Source of the DNA: Rhizobium sp. Q54
Lineage (GTDB): Bacteria; Pseudomonadota; Alphaproteobacteria; UBA828
DNA: 64,000 bases
Direction of reading: 5' to 3'
NCBI GenBank assembly: GCA_945892755.1
Contig: CAMDDO010000006.1
Span: 7,094 to 71,093 of the forward strand
Positions 29,737 through 41,879 of the stretch are shown piece by piece (the stretch's first letter is position 1; every line of letters begins with the position of its first letter). The position numbers were made by a program, and so were the translations under genes. The notes under the pieces are model-generated. The model saw nothing but the letters and a program-made list of their open reading frames with translations, was not told the origin of the DNA and made no database searches.

Positions 29737-30814
29737 CCTCCTGTACCCGCTCGCCGAGGACATCGGCATCTTCAACATTTTCCAATACCTGACCTTCCGC
29801 ACCGGCGCGGCGACCATCACGGCGTTGATCGTGAGTTTCGTCTTCGGCCCCGGGCTGATCCGCGTGCTGCGCCGCCGCCAAGGCAAGGGTCAGCCGATCC
29901 GTGCCGATGGGCCGGAGCGCCATTTGCTGACCAAGCAAGGCACGCCGACCATGGGCGGGTTCCTGATCCTGCTCGGCCTGCTCATCGGCACGCTGCTGTG
30001 GGCCGACCTGACCAATCAATATGTTTGGGTGATTCTGCTGGTCACGGTCGGCTTCGGCTTGGTCGGCTTCCTTGACGACCTGATGAAGATCATGCGTCGG
30101 CACTCGCGCGGCCTGTCCGGCAAGCTCAAGCTCGCGCTCGAAATCGCGATCGGCGTGGGCGCCGCAGTCTGGCTGGTCGCCATCGCGGACGCGCCGATGG
30201 ACAAGAGCCTCGCTCTGCCTTTCGTCAAGTCAGTGATGCTCGATTTGGGTTGGTTCTTCGTGCCGTTCGCGGCCTTCGTCATGGTCGGCGCCTCGAACGC
30301 GGTCAATCTGACCGACGGGCTCGATGGCCTCGCGATCTTCCCGATCATGGTGGCGACCGCGTGCTTCGCGATCATCGCCTATCTGGTCGGCAATGCGATC
30401 TTCGCCAATTACCTGCAGATCCACCATGTGCCGGGCACCGGTGAGCTGACGGTCTTTTGCGGCGCGATGGTCGGCGCGTGCCTCGGCTTTCTATGGTTCA
30501 ACGCCCCGCCCGCCATGGTGTTCATGGGCGATACCGGCTCGCTTGCCGCTGGCGGCGCGCTCGGCACCATCGCGGTCGCCACCAAACATGAGCTGGTGCT
30601 GATCATCATCGGCGGCCTGTTCGTGCTCGAGACCGTTTCGGTCATCGTGCAGGTCGCCTCGTTCAAGCTGACCGGGCGCCGCGTCTTCCGGATGGCGCCG
30701 TTGCATCATCACTTCGAAAAGAAGGGCCTGGCCGAGCCGACCATCGTGATTCGTTTCTGGATCGTCGCGGTGATCCTCGGCCTGCTCGGCCTCGCCTCGC
30801 TGAAACTGAGATGA
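29726..30814 (+). CDS. mraY: Phospho-N-acetylmuramoyl-pentapeptide transferase
   Basis: ATG at 29726 with GGAAGGAGG upstream; overlaps murF by 11 nt. MraY motifs (…[13 protein letters not shown]…MGDTGSLA…). Confidence 0.9.
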   Translation: MLYNLLYPLAEDIGIFNIFQYLTFRTGAATITALIVSFVFGPGLIRVLRRRQGKGQPIRADGPERHLLTKQGTPTMGGFLILLGLLIGTLLWADLTNQYVWVILLVTVGFGLVGFLDDLMKIMRRHSRGLSGKLKLALEIAIGVGAAVWLVAIADAPMDKSLALPFVKSVMLDLGWFFVPFAAFVMVGASNAVNLTDGLDGLAIFPIMVATACFAIIAYLVGNAIFANYLQIHHVPGTGELTVFCGAMVGACLGFLWFNAPPAMVFMGDTGSLAAGGALGTIAVATKHELVLIIIGGLFVLETVSVIVQVASFKLTGRRVFRMAPLHHHFEKKGLAEPTIVIRFWIVAVILGLLGLASLKLR

Positions 30815-32205
30815 AGATCGCGCTCGACATGTTCCGAGATAAACCCGTCGCGGTGCTTGGCCTCGCGCGCTCCGGTCGCGCCGCGCTCGCCGCGCTCAAG
30901 GCCGGCGGCGCGACGACGCTGGGCTGGGACGACGGCGAGGCGGCGCGCACCGCGTGCGCGGCGGACGGGTTCATGGTGACCGCGCCAGAACACTGGCCCT
31001 GGGCCCGACTTGCGGCCCTGGTGCCAAGCCCCGGCGTGCCGACCAGTCATAAGCTGTTCGCTTGCGCGCGCGCGGCCGGTGTTGAGATCGTCGGCGATAT
31101 CGAGCTATTGCAGCGGGCTCTTCCGGCCGCACGTTATCTCGGCGTCACCGGCACCAACGGCAAATCAACCACCACCGCGTTGATCGCCCATATCGCACGC
31201 CACGCCGGCCTCAGGGTCGACGCCGGCGGCAATCTCGGCACCCCGGCACTCGCCCTCGCGCCGCTTGGCGCCGACGGCATCTACGTGCTCGAACTCTCGT
31301 CCTTCCAACTCGATCTCGGCAACGCGCTCTCATTCGATGTCGCCGTGCTGCTCAATATCACGCCCGATCATCTCGACCGTCATGGCGGGATGGACGGTTA
31401 CATCGCCGCCAAGCGCAAGATCTTCCGCGCCGATCGGCTCAAGCACGCGATCATCGGTATCGACGACGAGCCGAGCCGAGCCATCGCCGCCAGGCTGGTC
31501 AAGGACGGCCTCAGCGTCGTGCCAATCGCGGTCGGCCACGCCTGCGACAATGGCGTCACCGTGATCGACGGCCTGCTGCACGAGCTCGGTCGCCCGATTT
31601 TCGATCTGCGCGGCGCGCGGGCCTTGCCGGGTGCCCACAATTGGCAGAACGCGGCGGCGGCCTACGCCGCGGCGCGCGCCCTCGGCATCGAGCCCACGAG
31701 GATCGAAGCGGCCACGCTCGACTTCCCGGGCCTCGCGCACCGCATCGAGCTCATCGCGACGCGCGAAGGCGTGCGCTACGTCAATGACTCGAAGGCCACC
31801 AACGCCGACGCCGCGGCGCGCGCGCTCGCCTGTTTCGAGACGATCTACTGGATCGCCGGCGGCAAGCCGAAGGCCGGCGGCATCGCGGCCTTGGCGGCGT
31901 TCTTCCCGCGCATCGCGCGGGCCTATTTGATCGGCGAGGCCGAGGGTGAATTCGCCGCGACGCTCGAAGGCCGCGTCGCCTGTCGCCGGTGCGGCAATCT
32001 GCGTGCCGCGCTCGAGGCCGCACGCGACGACGCGCGCCGCGATGGTCGGCCGAATCCGGTGATTCTGCTTTCACCGGCCTGCGCCTCCTACGACCAGTTC
32101 GCCAATTTCGAGGCGCGCGGCGAGGCGTTCCGCGCGCTGGTCGCAACGCTCGATGGCGACGGCGCCGATGCACTGACGGCGCCATCGCGGCGGGCCGCGC
32201 CATGA
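30811..32205 (+). CDS. murD: UDP-N-acetylmuramoylalanine--D-glutamate ligase
   Basis: Mur ligase motifs ([12 protein letters not shown]). ATGA overlap with mraY. Confidence 0.85.
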   Translation: MKIALDMFRDKPVAVLGLARSGRAALAALKAGGATTLGWDDGEAARTACAADGFMVTAPEHWPWARLAALVPSPGVPTSHKLFACARAAGVEIVGDIELLQRALPAARYLGVTGTNGKSTTTALIAHIARHAGLRVDAGGNLGTPALALAPLGADGIYVLELSSFQLDLGNALSFDVAVLLNITPDHLDRHGGMDGYIAAKRKIFRADRLKHAIIGIDDEPSRAIAARLVKDGLSVVPIAVGHACDNGVTVIDGLLHELGRPIFDLRGARALPGAHNWQNAAAAYAAARALGIEPTRIEAATLDFPGLAHRIELIATREGVRYVNDSKATNADAAARALACFETIYWIAGGKPKAGGIAALAAFFPRIARAYLIGEAEGEFAATLEGRVACRRCGNLRAALEAARDDARRDGRPNPVILLSPACASYDQFANFEARGEAFRALVATLDGDGADALTAPSRRAAP

Positions 32206-33332
32206 TGCTTGCCACGCGCGCCGGTGACCGTAGCCTGCTCGGCCGTTGGTGGTGGAGCATCGACCGCTGGACGTTGATCGCGGTCATGCTGCTGGCCGCG
32301 GTCGGCGCGATCCTGACCATGGCGGCCGGGCCGAGCGCGGCGCAGCGCATCGGGCTCGCGCCCATGCACTTCGTCCAACATCAGTTCCTGTTCCTGGTGC
32401 CGGCCCTCGCCGTGTTGTTCGGGGTCTCGCTGCTGAGTCCGAAGAACGTGCGGCGTCTCGGCGTGCTGGGCTTCGCGATCGGCTTCGTCCTGCTGGTCAG
32501 CACGGTCTTGCTCGGCAGCGACGTCAAGGGCGCCACCCGCTGGATCACGCTGGCCGGAATCACCATTCAGCCTTCCGAATTCGTCAAGCCATGCCTGGCC
32601 GTGACCGCGGCCTGGATGCTTTCTCTCGCGCGCGAGAAGCCCGAAGTGCCCGGCCGGCTGATCGCCGCACTCCTTTATGTCGGGGTATGCGGCCTCTTGG
32701 TGCTGCAGCCCGATTTCGGCATGACCATGGTCGCCGCGGTCATCGGGTTCGTGCAGTTCTTCCTGGCCGGCCTGCCCTTGATCCTGGTGCTGCTCGCCAT
32801 CGCGTTGCTGCTCGGCGTCGCGTTCGGCGCCTATACATTGTTGCCTCATGTCGCCGAGCGCATCGACCGCTACCTCGATCCGAGCACGGGCGACACCTAT
32901 CAAGTCGATGTCTCGCTTCGCGCACTCCAGAGCGGCGGCCTGCTCGGTCGTGGTCCCGGCGAGGGCTCGGTCAAGAATCTGCTGCCCGATTCGCACACCG
33001 ACTTCGTCTTTGCGGTGGCGGGCGAGGAGCTCGGCCTGCTCGTTTGCCTGGGCATCGTCGCGCTGTTCGGCTTCGTCGTGCTGCGCGGCTTCTCGCGCGC
33101 CTTCAAGGACAGCAGCCTGTTCGTGGTCCTCGCGGTCTCCGGGCTGCTGACGCAATTCGGCCTGCAGGCCCTCGTCAATATGGGTGTCACGCTGCAGCTC
33201 TTGCCGGCCAAGGGCATGACGTTGCCCTTCATCTCCTATGGCGGCTCGTCGCTGATCGCGACTGCGCTCGCGATCGGCATGGTGCTCGCGCTGACCCGCG
33301 AGCGACCGCAAGACTGGCGGCCAATGCCATGA
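32202..33332 (+). CDS. ftsW: Peptidoglycan glycosyltransferase FtsW (SEDS family)
   Basis: ATGA overlap with murD. Multi-TM SEDS protein with conserved C-terminal PAKGMTLPFISYGGSS. Confidence 0.85.
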   Translation: MMLATRAGDRSLLGRWWWSIDRWTLIAVMLLAAVGAILTMAAGPSAAQRIGLAPMHFVQHQFLFLVPALAVLFGVSLLSPKNVRRLGVLGFAIGFVLLVSTVLLGSDVKGATRWITLAGITIQPSEFVKPCLAVTAAWMLSLAREKPEVPGRLIAALLYVGVCGLLVLQPDFGMTMVAAVIGFVQFFLAGLPLILVLLAIALLLGVAFGAYTLLPHVAERIDRYLDPSTGDTYQVDVSLRALQSGGLLGRGPGEGSVKNLLPDSHTDFVFAVAGEELGLLVCLGIVALFGFVVLRGFSRAFKDSSLFVVLAVSGLLTQFGLQALVNMGVTLQLLPAKGMTLPFISYGGSSLIATALAIGMVLALTRERPQDWRPMP

Positions 33333-34459
33333 CCAAGACGCGCGAACCGACTTTGATCGCGCTCGCCGCCGGCGGCACGGGTGGTCACGTCTTTCCGGCG
33401 CAGGCGCTCGCCGCCATGCTCGAAGCGCGCGGCCATCGCTTGGCGCTGCTTACCGATACACGGGGCGATCGCTTTGGCGGCGTGCTCGCGCGCATCGAGA
33501 GCCATGCGATTCGCTCGGCCTCGCCCTCGGCGCCGGGCCTGATCGCCAAGCTCGGTGCCCTGCTGCGCCTGGCGTTGGGTACGCGCGAGGCGCGCCGTCT
33601 GCTCGCCCGCCTGAAGCCGGGCGCGGTGATCGGCTTTGGCGGCTATGCCTCGGTGCCGCCCATGTTAGCCGCGCGCCGCCTTGGGATCCCGACCATGCTG
33701 CACGAACAGAACGCGGTGCTCGGCCGCGCCAATCGCTTGCTCGCGCGCCGTGTCGACCGCATCGCGACATCATTCCCCGCGACCAAGCGTGTTCCGGCGA
33801 GCGCCGCGGCGCGCATCGTCTGCACCGGCAATCCGGTGCGCCCGCCGATCGCGGCGCTCGCCGACACGATCTATCGCGCGCCAAGTGCCGGCGAAACGCT
33901 CAGGCTCCTCGTCTTCGGCGGCAGTCAGGGCGCCCAGGCGCTGTCGCGCCTGGTGCCGGCCGCGCTGGCCCGGCTGCCGGATCACGCGCGCACGCGTCTC
34001 GCGGTCGCACAACAATGCCGGCCCGAGGACCTCGACGAGGTCGCCGGCGCCTATCGCGCGGCGGGGATCGCGGCCGAGTGCGCGCGCTTTTTCGACGATA
34101 TGGCGGCGCGGCTCGAGGCGGCGCATCTGGTGATCGCGCGCTCGGGTGCCTCGACGGTCGCCGAGCTCGCGGTATCCGGGCGGCCGGCCATCCTGATTCC
34201 CTACCCGCACGCGCTCGACGATCATCAGAGCGCCAACGCGCAAGCGCTTGCGGAAGCCGGCGCGGCCTGGCTCATGCCGCAGGCGAGCTTGAGCGTCGAG
34301 ACCCTCGCGGCGACGATCGGCGGTTTGTTTGATGCGCCGGACCGGCTCGGCAAGGCCGCCGCCGCCGCGCGCAATTTTGGCCGGCGCGACGCGGCGCACG
34401 CGCTCGCCGATCTGGTTGAAAGCCTGCTGCCATCTTCGGCGCGGAGGGCAACACCATGA
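33329..34459 (+). CDS. murG: UDP-N-acetylglucosamine--N-acetylmuramyl-(pentapeptide) pyrophosphoryl-undecaprenol N-acetylglucosamine transferase
   Basis: ATG at 33329 overlaps the ftsW stop. GT28 motifs ([13 protein letters not shown]…). The ORF-track extension to 32246 is an unstopped upstream frame. Confidence 0.85.
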   Translation: MTKTREPTLIALAAGGTGGHVFPAQALAAMLEARGHRLALLTDTRGDRFGGVLARIESHAIRSASPSAPGLIAKLGALLRLALGTREARRLLARLKPGAVIGFGGYASVPPMLAARRLGIPTMLHEQNAVLGRANRLLARRVDRIATSFPATKRVPASAAARIVCTGNPVRPPIAALADTIYRAPSAGETLRLLVFGGSQGAQALSRLVPAALARLPDHARTRLAVAQQCRPEDLDEVAGAYRAAGIAAECARFFDDMAARLEAAHLVIARSGASTVAELAVSGRPAILIPYPHALDDHQSANAQALAEAGAAWLMPQASLSVETLAATIGGLFDAPDRLGKAAAAARNFGRRDAAHALADLVESLLPSSARRATP

Positions 34460-35892
34460 AAGCGCTGCCGCTCTCGATCGGCATCATCCACTTCGTCGGG
34501 ATTGGCGGCATCGGCATGAGCGGCATCGCCGAAGTCATGCACAATCTCGGCTACGCCATTCAAGGTAGCGACATCGCCGAGAACGCCAACGTCAAGCGCC
34601 TTCGCTCGCTCGGCATTCGAATTGGCATCGGGCATCGCGCCGAGAACATCGACGGCGCTCAAGTCATCGTGATCTCCTCCGCCGTCAAGCCCGACAATGT
34701 CGAGGTTCAGGCGGCGCGCGCGCGTCTCATTCCGGTGGTGCGGCGGGCTGAGATGCTGGCCGAGCTGATGCGGCTCAAATGGTCGATCGCGATCGCCGGC
34801 ACGCACGGCAAGACGACGACCACCTCGCTGGTCGCCGCCATGCTCGATGCCGCGAAGCTCGACCCGACCGTGATCAACGGCGGCATCATCAACGCCTATG
34901 GCACCAATGCGCGGCTCGGCGCGGGCGAGTGGATGGTGGTGGAATCCGACGAATCCGACGGCAGCTTCATGAAGCTACCGGCCACCGTCGCGGTCGTCAC
35001 CAACATCGACCCCGAGCACATGGAGTATTACGGCACGTTCGATACGGTGCGCCGCGCCTATCAGACCTTCGTCGAGAACATCCCGTTCTACGGCATGGCG
35101 GCGCTCTGCATCGATCATCCCGAGGTCCAGGCGCTGATCGGACGCATCACCGACCGGCGGATCATCACCTATGGTCTGAGCCCTCAGGCCGAGGTGCGCG
35201 CGGTCAATATCCGCAAGGACACCTTCGGCAGCGTCTACGATGTGACCATCTTCGATCGTCCGAGCGGCAATACCGACACGCTGAGCGATATTCGTCTCCC
35301 CATGCTCGGCGAGCACAACGTGCAGAATTCGCTCGCCGCGATCGCGATCGCGCGCGAGATGAACTTCGACGAGGCGACGATCCGGAGCGGCCTGGCCTCG
35401 TTCAAGGGCGTCAAGCGCCGCTTTACCAAGACCGGCGTGGTCGACGGCGTCACGGTGATCGACGATTACGGCCATCACCCGGTCGAGATCGGCGCGGTGC
35501 TGCGTTCGGCGCGCGCCGCCTATGAGGGCCGCATCGTCGCGGTGGTGCAACCGCATCGCTTCAGTCGCCTCAAGGACCTGTTCGAGGAATTCTGCCAGTG
35601 CTTCAACGACGCCGACACGGTGATCGTGGCCGACGTCTACCCGGCCGGCGAGGAACCGATTCCAGGTATCGACCGCGACGCGCTGATCGATGGCATCAGG
35701 GCGCGCGGTCATCGCCACGTCATTCCGCTCGGCGTCCCCGCCGGGCTTGCCGGCCTGGTCGAGCCTTTGGTCGCGCCGGGCGATCTCATCGTCTGTCTCG
35801 GCGCCGGCAACATCACCCAGTGGGCCAACGCGTTGCCCGATGAGATCGCGGCGTTGCGCCGTGGCGCCAGCTCGGCGCGGGGGTCGTCATGA
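34456..35892 (+). CDS. murC: UDP-N-acetylmuramate--L-alanine ligase
   Basis: [16 protein letters not shown]…[10 protein letters not shown] motifs. ATGA overlap with murG. Confidence 0.9.
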   Translation: MKALPLSIGIIHFVGIGGIGMSGIAEVMHNLGYAIQGSDIAENANVKRLRSLGIRIGIGHRAENIDGAQVIVISSAVKPDNVEVQAARARLIPVVRRAEMLAELMRLKWSIAIAGTHGKTTTTSLVAAMLDAAKLDPTVINGGIINAYGTNARLGAGEWMVVESDESDGSFMKLPATVAVVTNIDPEHMEYYGTFDTVRRAYQTFVENIPFYGMAALCIDHPEVQALIGRITDRRIITYGLSPQAEVRAVNIRKDTFGSVYDVTIFDRPSGNTDTLSDIRLPMLGEHNVQNSLAAIAIAREMNFDEATIRSGLASFKGVKRRFTKTGVVDGVTVIDDYGHHPVEIGAVLRSARAAYEGRIVAVVQPHRFSRLKDLFEEFCQCFNDADTVIVADVYPAGEEPIPGIDRDALIDGIRARGHRHVIPLGVPAGLAGLVEPLVAPGDLIVCLGAGNITQWANALPDEIAALRRGASSARGSS

Positions 35893-36875
35893 TGGCGGCA
35901 CAGCGCCAGACCCAGCCGCTGATCGAGCGGCTGCCCGCGGTGCGCGGCCGGCTTAGCCCGAACGTCGCGCTCGACCGCGTCACCTGGTTTCGTGTCGGCG
36001 GTCCGGCCGAGGTCATGTTTCGTCCGGCCGATGCCGACGATCTCGCGGCTTTTCTCGCCGCCAAGCCGGACGACGTGCCGGTCACGGTGATCGGCGTCGG
36101 TTCCAACCTTCTGGTGCGCGATGGCGGCGTGCCGGGCGTCGTGATCCGGCTCGGCGGGCCGTTCGCCCTGGTCGAAATCAAGGACCAGGGCGACCGCAAG
36201 CTGGTCGAGGCCGGCGCCGGCGCGCTCGACCTCAATGTCGCGCTGACCGCCGAGCAGGCCGGTATCGCCGGGCTCGAATTCCTGAGCGGCATACCGGGAA
36301 CGATCGGCGGCGCGCTACGCATGAACGGCGGCGCGTTCGGCTCCGAGATGGCGGCGGTCACGCGCTCGGCGGTGGCGCTCGACGCCAAGGGCCGTCGTCA
36401 TCACCTGATCCCGGCCGAGCTTGGCTTTACCTATCGTCATTCGTCGGTGCCCGACGACTTCATCTTCATCGCAGCAAGCCTCGAAGGTCAGGTCGGCGAC
36501 CGCGCGACCATCAAGGCGCGCATGGCCGAGATCGCCGGCGAGCGCGCGGCGAGCCAGCCCGTGCGTGCCCGCACCGGCGGCAGCACCTTCACCAATCCGA
36601 CCGACCCGAAGGCCGGCGGCAAGCGCGCCTGGGAGCTGATCGACGGTGCCGGCTGCCGAGGTCTCAGGCGCGGTGGCGCCATGGTCTCCGAGAAGCACTG
36701 CAATTTCCTGATCAACACGGGCAATGCCAGCGCGGCCGATATCGAAGGCCTCGGCGAAGACGTGCGCCGACGGGTCTTCGAGGCGTTTGGCGTCACGCTC
36801 GAGTGGGAAATCCGCCGCATCGGCTTGGCGCTCCCGCCTGGCGTTCGGCCCGCGCCCCGGGGGACCGCGCCATGA
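35889..36875 (+). CDS. murB: UDP-N-acetylenolpyruvoylglucosamine reductase
   Basis: FAD-binding MurB motifs (…VGGPAEV…GVGSNLL…). ATGA overlap with murC. Confidence 0.85.
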   Translation: MMAAQRQTQPLIERLPAVRGRLSPNVALDRVTWFRVGGPAEVMFRPADADDLAAFLAAKPDDVPVTVIGVGSNLLVRDGGVPGVVIRLGGPFALVEIKDQGDRKLVEAGAGALDLNVALTAEQAGIAGLEFLSGIPGTIGGALRMNGGAFGSEMAAVTRSAVALDAKGRRHHLIPAELGFTYRHSSVPDDFIFIAASLEGQVGDRATIKARMAEIAGERAASQPVRARTGGSTFTNPTDPKAGGKRAWELIDGAGCRGLRRGGAMVSEKHCNFLINTGNASAADIEGLGEDVRRRVFEAFGVTLEWEIRRIGLALPPGVRPAPRGTAP

Positions 36876-37783
36876 CCAAGCATGTCGCGGTGCTGATGGG
36901 CGGCTTTTCGGCCGAGCGCGAGGTCTCGCTAGTCAGCGGCGAAGCGGTCGGCAAGGCGCTCAAGGAAGAGGGCTATCGCGTCAGCGTGGTCGACGTCGGA
37001 CACGACATCGCCGCGGTTTTGGGCGGACTCAAGCCGGACATCGTGTTCAACGCGCTGCATGGCCGCTTCGGCGAAGACGGCTGCATCCAGGGCGTGCTCG
37101 AATTCCTGCAAGTGCCCTATACCCACTCGGGCGTGCTCGCCTCGGCCGTCGCCATGCACAAACCGACCGCCAAGCGCCTCTTCGCCAGCGCTGGCCTGCC
37201 CTGCCCCGAGGGCGAGGTCCTGCCGCGCCATCGGGTGCTCAAGGGCGAACTCAAGCCGCCCTTCGTGATCAAGCCGCTCAACGAGGGCTCGAGCGTCGGC
37301 GTGCGCATCATCTTCGATGGCGACAATCTCGTGCCGCTCGAAGGCGACAATTGGCCGTTTGGCGAAGAGGTGCTGGTCGAGCGTTACATCCCAGGGCGCG
37401 AAATCCAGGTCGCCGTGATGGGAGACCGCGCGCTCGGCGCGATCGAAATTCGCCCGCAAGGCCGCTTCTACGATTATGAGGCCAAATATACTGCTGGCCG
37501 CGCGGTCCATCTGATGCCGGCCCCGATCCATCCCGATTCCTACGAGCGCGCGCTCGATATCGCGCTCACCGCACACCAGACCGTCGGCTGCCGGGGCGTG
37601 AGCCGCGCCGATTTGCGCTACGACGACACGGCCGGTGAGCCCGGTGACTTCTATCTTTTGGAGATCAACACCCAGCCCGGCATGACGCCGCTCTCTCTCG
37701 TGCCCGAAATCGCCGCCAATGTCGGCATCGGCTTCGGTGCGCTTGTGCGCTGGCTTGTAGAGAACGCCCGATGCGACAGCTGA
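36872..37783 (+). CDS. ddl: D-alanine--D-alanine ligase
   Basis: ATG at 36872 overlaps the murB stop. Ddl N-terminus VAVLMGGFSAEREVSL and ATP-grasp motifs. Confidence 0.85.
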   Translation: MTKHVAVLMGGFSAEREVSLVSGEAVGKALKEEGYRVSVVDVGHDIAAVLGGLKPDIVFNALHGRFGEDGCIQGVLEFLQVPYTHSGVLASAVAMHKPTAKRLFASAGLPCPEGEVLPRHRVLKGELKPPFVIKPLNEGSSVGVRIIFDGDNLVPLEGDNWPFGEEVLVERYIPGREIQVAVMGDRALGAIEIRPQGRFYDYEAKYTAGRAVHLMPAPIHPDSYERALDIALTAHQTVGCRGVSRADLRYDDTAGEPGDFYLLEINTQPGMTPLSLVPEIAANVGIGFGALVRWLVENARCDS

Positions 37784-38724
37784 GTTTCGACGATCGTCTG
37801 ATTCCCGATGACGAGGCGAGCCGGCCGAAGCGGCCCAAGCGGCGCAGACAGAAGGCGCGGCGCGCGGGCAAAGGCGGTGCCAAGCCGGAGGCGCGTCGAT
37901 GGATGCGAGCCCTCGCCCTGTTTTCCGAGGCACTCGGCTTCGTGCGCGGCCTACGGCGTCGCACTCAGCTTGTTGTCGGCGGCGGCGTCCTCGCGGCCGC
38001 GTTCGCGATTTATTTGTCGGCTGGCGGTGCGACGACCCTCGGTCAGTCGATCGGCTCAGGGATCGCCCATATCGCGGCCGATGCCGGCTATACGGTGCAG
38101 AATGTCTATGCCCAAGGGCGGCGCGTCGTGCCGACCAAGCGCGTGCTCGACGCGCTGGCCCTGAGGCGCGGTGCACCAATCCTTGCCTATGATCTCAATG
38201 ACGCACGCAAACGCCTTGAGTCGATTGATTGGGTTCGATCCGCAACGGTCGAGCGGCGCTTGCCCGATACGATCGCGATACACCTTATTGAGCGCCAGCC
38301 GCTCGCGCTCTGGCAGCACGAGGGCAAACTCGCGCTGATCGACCGCGAGGGCGTCGTGTTCGGCAGTCGCGACGTGACGCGCTTCGCCCATCTTCCGCTC
38401 ATCGTCGGCGACGGCGCACCGATGGCGGCACCCCGGCTGTTCGATGCCATGGCGGCCGAGCCCGCTCTATTCAAACGCGTGGTGGCGGCCATCTGGGTTG
38501 GCGAGCGGCGCTGGAACGTCCGCTTCGATAGCGGGCTCGAGGCTCGACTGCCCGAAGGCGACATCGAGGCCGCCTGGGCGCGTCTCAGCACGTTGGTGGC
38601 CTCTCGGAACCTCTTGGACCACCCGGTTGCCGGCGTCGACCTTCGGCTTGGCGACCGCACATTGATCCGTATGCAGGGCGAACCAAGCGCCCCAACCAAT
38701 GACAATGAACAGGGGACGACGTGA
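37771..38724 (+). CDS. ftsQ: Cell division protein FtsQ
   Basis: Basic N-terminus, single TM, POTRA-like region. 13-nt overlap with ddl; position in cluster. Confidence 0.75.
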   Translation: MRQLSFDDRLIPDDEASRPKRPKRRRQKARRAGKGGAKPEARRWMRALALFSEALGFVRGLRRRTQLVVGGGVLAAAFAIYLSAGGATTLGQSIGSGIAHIAADAGYTVQNVYAQGRRVVPTKRVLDALALRRGAPILAYDLNDARKRLESIDWVRSATVERRLPDTIAIHLIERQPLALWQHEGKLALIDREGVVFGSRDVTRFAHLPLIVGDGAPMAAPRLFDAMAAEPALFKRVVAAIWVGERRWNVRFDSGLEARLPEGDIEAAWARLSTLVASRNLLDHPVAGVDLRLGDRTLIRMQGEPSAPTNDNEQGTT

Positions 38725-38749
38725 ACCGACAGGCAGAGCTCGACCAGCC

Positions 38750-39982
38750 ATGGTGATTACCGCGATCGACGTTGGAACGACCAAGGTGACCTGTTTCATC
38801 GCCCGCCGCGACGCGGCCGAGGACATCCGCATCATTGGGATCGGCCACGAATTGGCGCGCGGCATGAAAGCCGGGATCGTGACCGACATGAATGCCGCCG
38901 AACAGGCGATCAGGCGCGCCGTCGAGCGCGCCGAACGCATGGCGGAGACCCGCGCGCACGAAGTTTATGTGAGTCTCTCTGGCGGCGCGCCCGAATCGCG
39001 CTATACCGAGAGCGTAATTTCTCTCGGCGGACAAGAGATCGACGACGTGGTGATCCAGCGTGCCTTTGATGGGCTTGCCCCGCAGATACGCACCGGCGAT
39101 CGGGACGTGATCCACGCCATTCCGATGCAGTATGAGATCGACGGCGCGCGCGGCATCAGGAACCCGCGCGGCATGAGCGGGCGGCGCCTCGGCGTCAGGC
39201 TCCATCTGGTGTCGGTCACTCATGGCGCCTTACGCAATCTGATCACCTGCCTGCGCCGGCTCGAGCTCGAGGTGGCGGCCCCGGTGGTCGCCGGTTATGC
39301 CTCCGGCCTGGCCTGTCTGGTCGAGGACGAGCTTGACCTCGGCGTCACGGTGATCGACATGGGTGGTGGCACGACCAGCCTCGCGGTGTTTTCGGCCGGC
39401 GCTCTGGTCCATGCCGAGTCATTCCCGATTGGCGGCTGGCACGTCACCAACGACATCGCGCGCGGCCTCTCGACGCCGATCGCAAGCGCGGAGCAGGTCA
39501 AACGGCTCTTTGCCAGTGCGATCGGCGGCCCGCGCGACGCGCGCGAGCTGATCGAGGTCCCGCAGCTCGGCGAGAACATGCCGGCGACCGGAATGCAAGT
39601 GCCGCGCGCCCTCTTGGTCGGCATCGTGCGACCGCGACTCGAAGAGATTTTCGAACTGATTCGCGACCGACTCGAGTCATCGGGCTTCGCCGACGCGGCG
39701 GGGCGACGCGTCGTGATCACCGGCGGCGCGAGTCAAATCGAAGGAATCCGCGAGCTCGCGGGCCAGGTTCTTGAAAAACAGATTCGACTGGCGCGGCCTT
39801 TGCCCTTGCCAGGACTTGCCCACTCGACGACAGGACCGGAATACGCCACGGTATCCGGCCTCCTGATTTATGCAGGCCGCAACCAGACGAGTCTTCATCC
39901 GCGTCGCGTGCGGCGCGAACTGAAACGACGTCCGGAAGGCCGAATTGGACGCATCAGCCACTGGCTGAAGGAGAATTTCTGA
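38750..39982 (+). CDS. ftsA: Cell division protein FtsA
   Basis: Actin-like ATPase (…AIDVGTTKV…GIVTD…DMGGGTT…). Start taken at ATG 38750; an upstream in-frame ATG at 38699 is possible. Both have weak RBS. Confidence 0.8.
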   Translation: MVITAIDVGTTKVTCFIARRDAAEDIRIIGIGHELARGMKAGIVTDMNAAEQAIRRAVERAERMAETRAHEVYVSLSGGAPESRYTESVISLGGQEIDDVVIQRAFDGLAPQIRTGDRDVIHAIPMQYEIDGARGIRNPRGMSGRRLGVRLHLVSVTHGALRNLITCLRRLELEVAAPVVAGYASGLACLVEDELDLGVTVIDMGGGTTSLAVFSAGALVHAESFPIGGWHVTNDIARGLSTPIASAEQVKRLFASAIGGPRDARELIEVPQLGENMPATGMQVPRALLVGIVRPRLEEIFELIRDRLESSGFADAAGRRVVITGGASQIEGIRELAGQVLEKQIRLARPLPLPGLAHSTTGPEYATVSGLLIYAGRNQTSLHPRRVRRELKRRPEGRIGRISHWLKENF

Positions 39983-40081
39983 TGCAAAGAACACGGTCGA
40001 AGACCGGGGCCACAAACAATCCCCTGCACCGCTCTTGGGAGACGAGAGCGCAATCGAAACGGATCACGACTGGAGGTGACC

Positions 40082-41821
40082 ATGCCCATTGAATTCAAGC
40101 CGGAGCCCCGCGAGGGGAAGCCCCGCATCACCGTCATCGGCGTCGGCGGCGCCGGCGGCAACGCGGTCAACAACATGATCGCGGGCAAGCTCGACGGCGT
40201 CGAGTTCGTGATCGCGAACACCGACGCCCAAGCGATCGAGCAGTCGCTCGCGGAACATCGCATTCAGCTCGGCACGAGCATCACCCATGGGCTCGGCGCC
40301 GGCGCCCGGCCTGATATCGGGAAGGTTGCCGCCGAAGAGGCGGTCAATGAGATTCAGCGCTACCTCGAAGGCAACAACATGGTGTTCATCGCCGCCGGGA
40401 TGGGCGGCGGCACCGGCACGGGCGCCGCGCCCGTGATTGCCCGAACGGCGCAGGAGCAAGGCATTCTGACCGTCGGCGTGGTCACCAAGCCGTTCCAGTT
40501 CGAGGGCATCCATCGGATGAAGCTCGCCGAGCAGGGCATTCTGGAATTGCAGAAATACGTCGATACGCTGATCGTGATTCCGAACCAGAATCTGTTCCGC
40601 ATCGCGAACGAGCGCACCACCTTCGCGGATGCCTTCAAGCTCGCGGACGACGTGCTGCACGCCGGCGTGCGCGGCGTAACCGACCTGATGGTCAATCCCG
40701 GCCTGATCAACCTCGATTTCGCCGACGTTCGCACGGTGATGGAGGAGATGGGCAAGGCGATGATGGGCACCGGCGAGGCCGCCGGCGACAATCGCGCCAT
40801 CGAGGCCGCCGAAGCCGCGATCAACAACCCCTTGCTCGACAATGCCTCGATCGAGGGCGCGCGCGGCGTGCTGATCAACATCACCGGCGCGGCCGACATG
40901 ACGCTCCACGAGGTCGACATGGCGGCGAGCCGGATCTGCAAAGAGGTCGACGAGAACGCCAACGTCATTTTTGGCGCCCGTCTCGACCCCTCGCTCGAAG
41001 GCACGATCCGCGTCGCGGTGATCGCGACGGGGATCGATGCACTCAAGGAGCGCGAGCCGGTGCCGACCGAAAAGATCTATGTGCTCGGCAACGCGCCGCG
41101 GCGGCAGGCGTCGTCATCCGCCTCGCTCGCGCCGGTCGCCCAACGCGAGCCGGCGACCCAAGTCTTCGCCGAAGCGCCTGCTTTGCTGAGCGCCGCCGGC
41201 GCCTCGGCGGGCTATTCCGGAGCCGCAACCGCGAGCATGGCACCGGCCATGCAGCCGGCTGCGGAGCCCACGGCCGCGCCTGTGGCGCAGGCCGAACCCG
41301 AGCCGGCGCCCATGGCCCGAGCGGCCATCGAAGCCCGGCTGCCGCTCGAGACACCGGCACGCGCGCCCGAGACGGTTGCGCAGACGCCTCAGGTCGCGGC
41401 GAGTCCGTTGGCACAGCCGCGTCGTGCCGAAGCGAGCTCGACCGCGCCACGGCCGTCGGCGAGCAGCAATTTCGTGCCACCGCCGCCGGTCGAACCCGCG
41501 ACCCGCTCGGCCCGCGAATCGGTCCTGGATCGGCCCGATCCGGCCGCCGCCGCCGACCTTGTTCACGCCGGACGCGGCAATGCCCGGCGCAGCGTCGGCT
41601 TGTTCCAGCGTATCACGGGGGCGACTCGAGATCGGCGCGAGGCCGAGGAGACCGCGACCGCCGCGCCTGCCAACCCGGCGGCCGCGCGCCCTGCCGAGCC
41701 GCAGCTCGCCTCTCCCGGCCGGAGCGCCGCGCCGCGCTCCTCGGGCGAGGCCGCAAAGCAGGGCCAGGCGGCCGAGGATCCGCTGGAAATTCCGGCCTTC
41801 CTGCGCCGGCAAGCCAATTGA
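40082..41821 (+). CDS. ftsZ: Cell division GTPase FtsZ (long Pro/Ala-rich C-terminal linker)
   Basis: GGAGGTGA lies 6 nt upstream of the ATG at 40082 (the GTG at 40076 sits inside the SD). [23 protein letters not shown] motifs. Long low-complexity linker ends in the conserved [12 protein letters not shown] peptide. Confidence 0.9.
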   Translation: MPIEFKPEPREGKPRITVIGVGGAGGNAVNNMIAGKLDGVEFVIANTDAQAIEQSLAEHRIQLGTSITHGLGAGARPDIGKVAAEEAVNEIQRYLEGNNMVFIAAGMGGGTGTGAAPVIARTAQEQGILTVGVVTKPFQFEGIHRMKLAEQGILELQKYVDTLIVIPNQNLFRIANERTTFADAFKLADDVLHAGVRGVTDLMVNPGLINLDFADVRTVMEEMGKAMMGTGEAAGDNRAIEAAEAAINNPLLDNASIEGARGVLINITGAADMTLHEVDMAASRICKEVDENANVIFGARLDPSLEGTIRVAVIATGIDALKEREPVPTEKIYVLGNAPRRQASSSASLAPVAQREPATQVFAEAPALLSAAGASAGYSGAATASMAPAMQPAAEPTAAPVAQAEPEPAPMARAAIEARLPLETPARAPETVAQTPQVAASPLAQPRRAEASSTAPRPSASSNFVPPPPVEPATRSARESVLDRPDPAAAADLVHAGRGNARRSVGLFQRITGATRDRREAEETATAAPANPAAARPAEPQLASPGRSAAPRSSGEAAKQGQAAEDPLEIPAFLRRQAN

Positions 41822-41879
41822 GGCCATGCCGGCACCGAGACCGCTACCGGGACGTTACAATTCGTAACAAACCGTGATT

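Noticed and set aside
32246-33328. Upstream extension of murG to a 737-aa ORF
   Set aside because: The frame simply lacks a stop while overlapping ftsW. The conserved MurG N-terminus and ftsW stop/start overlap place the real start at 33329.
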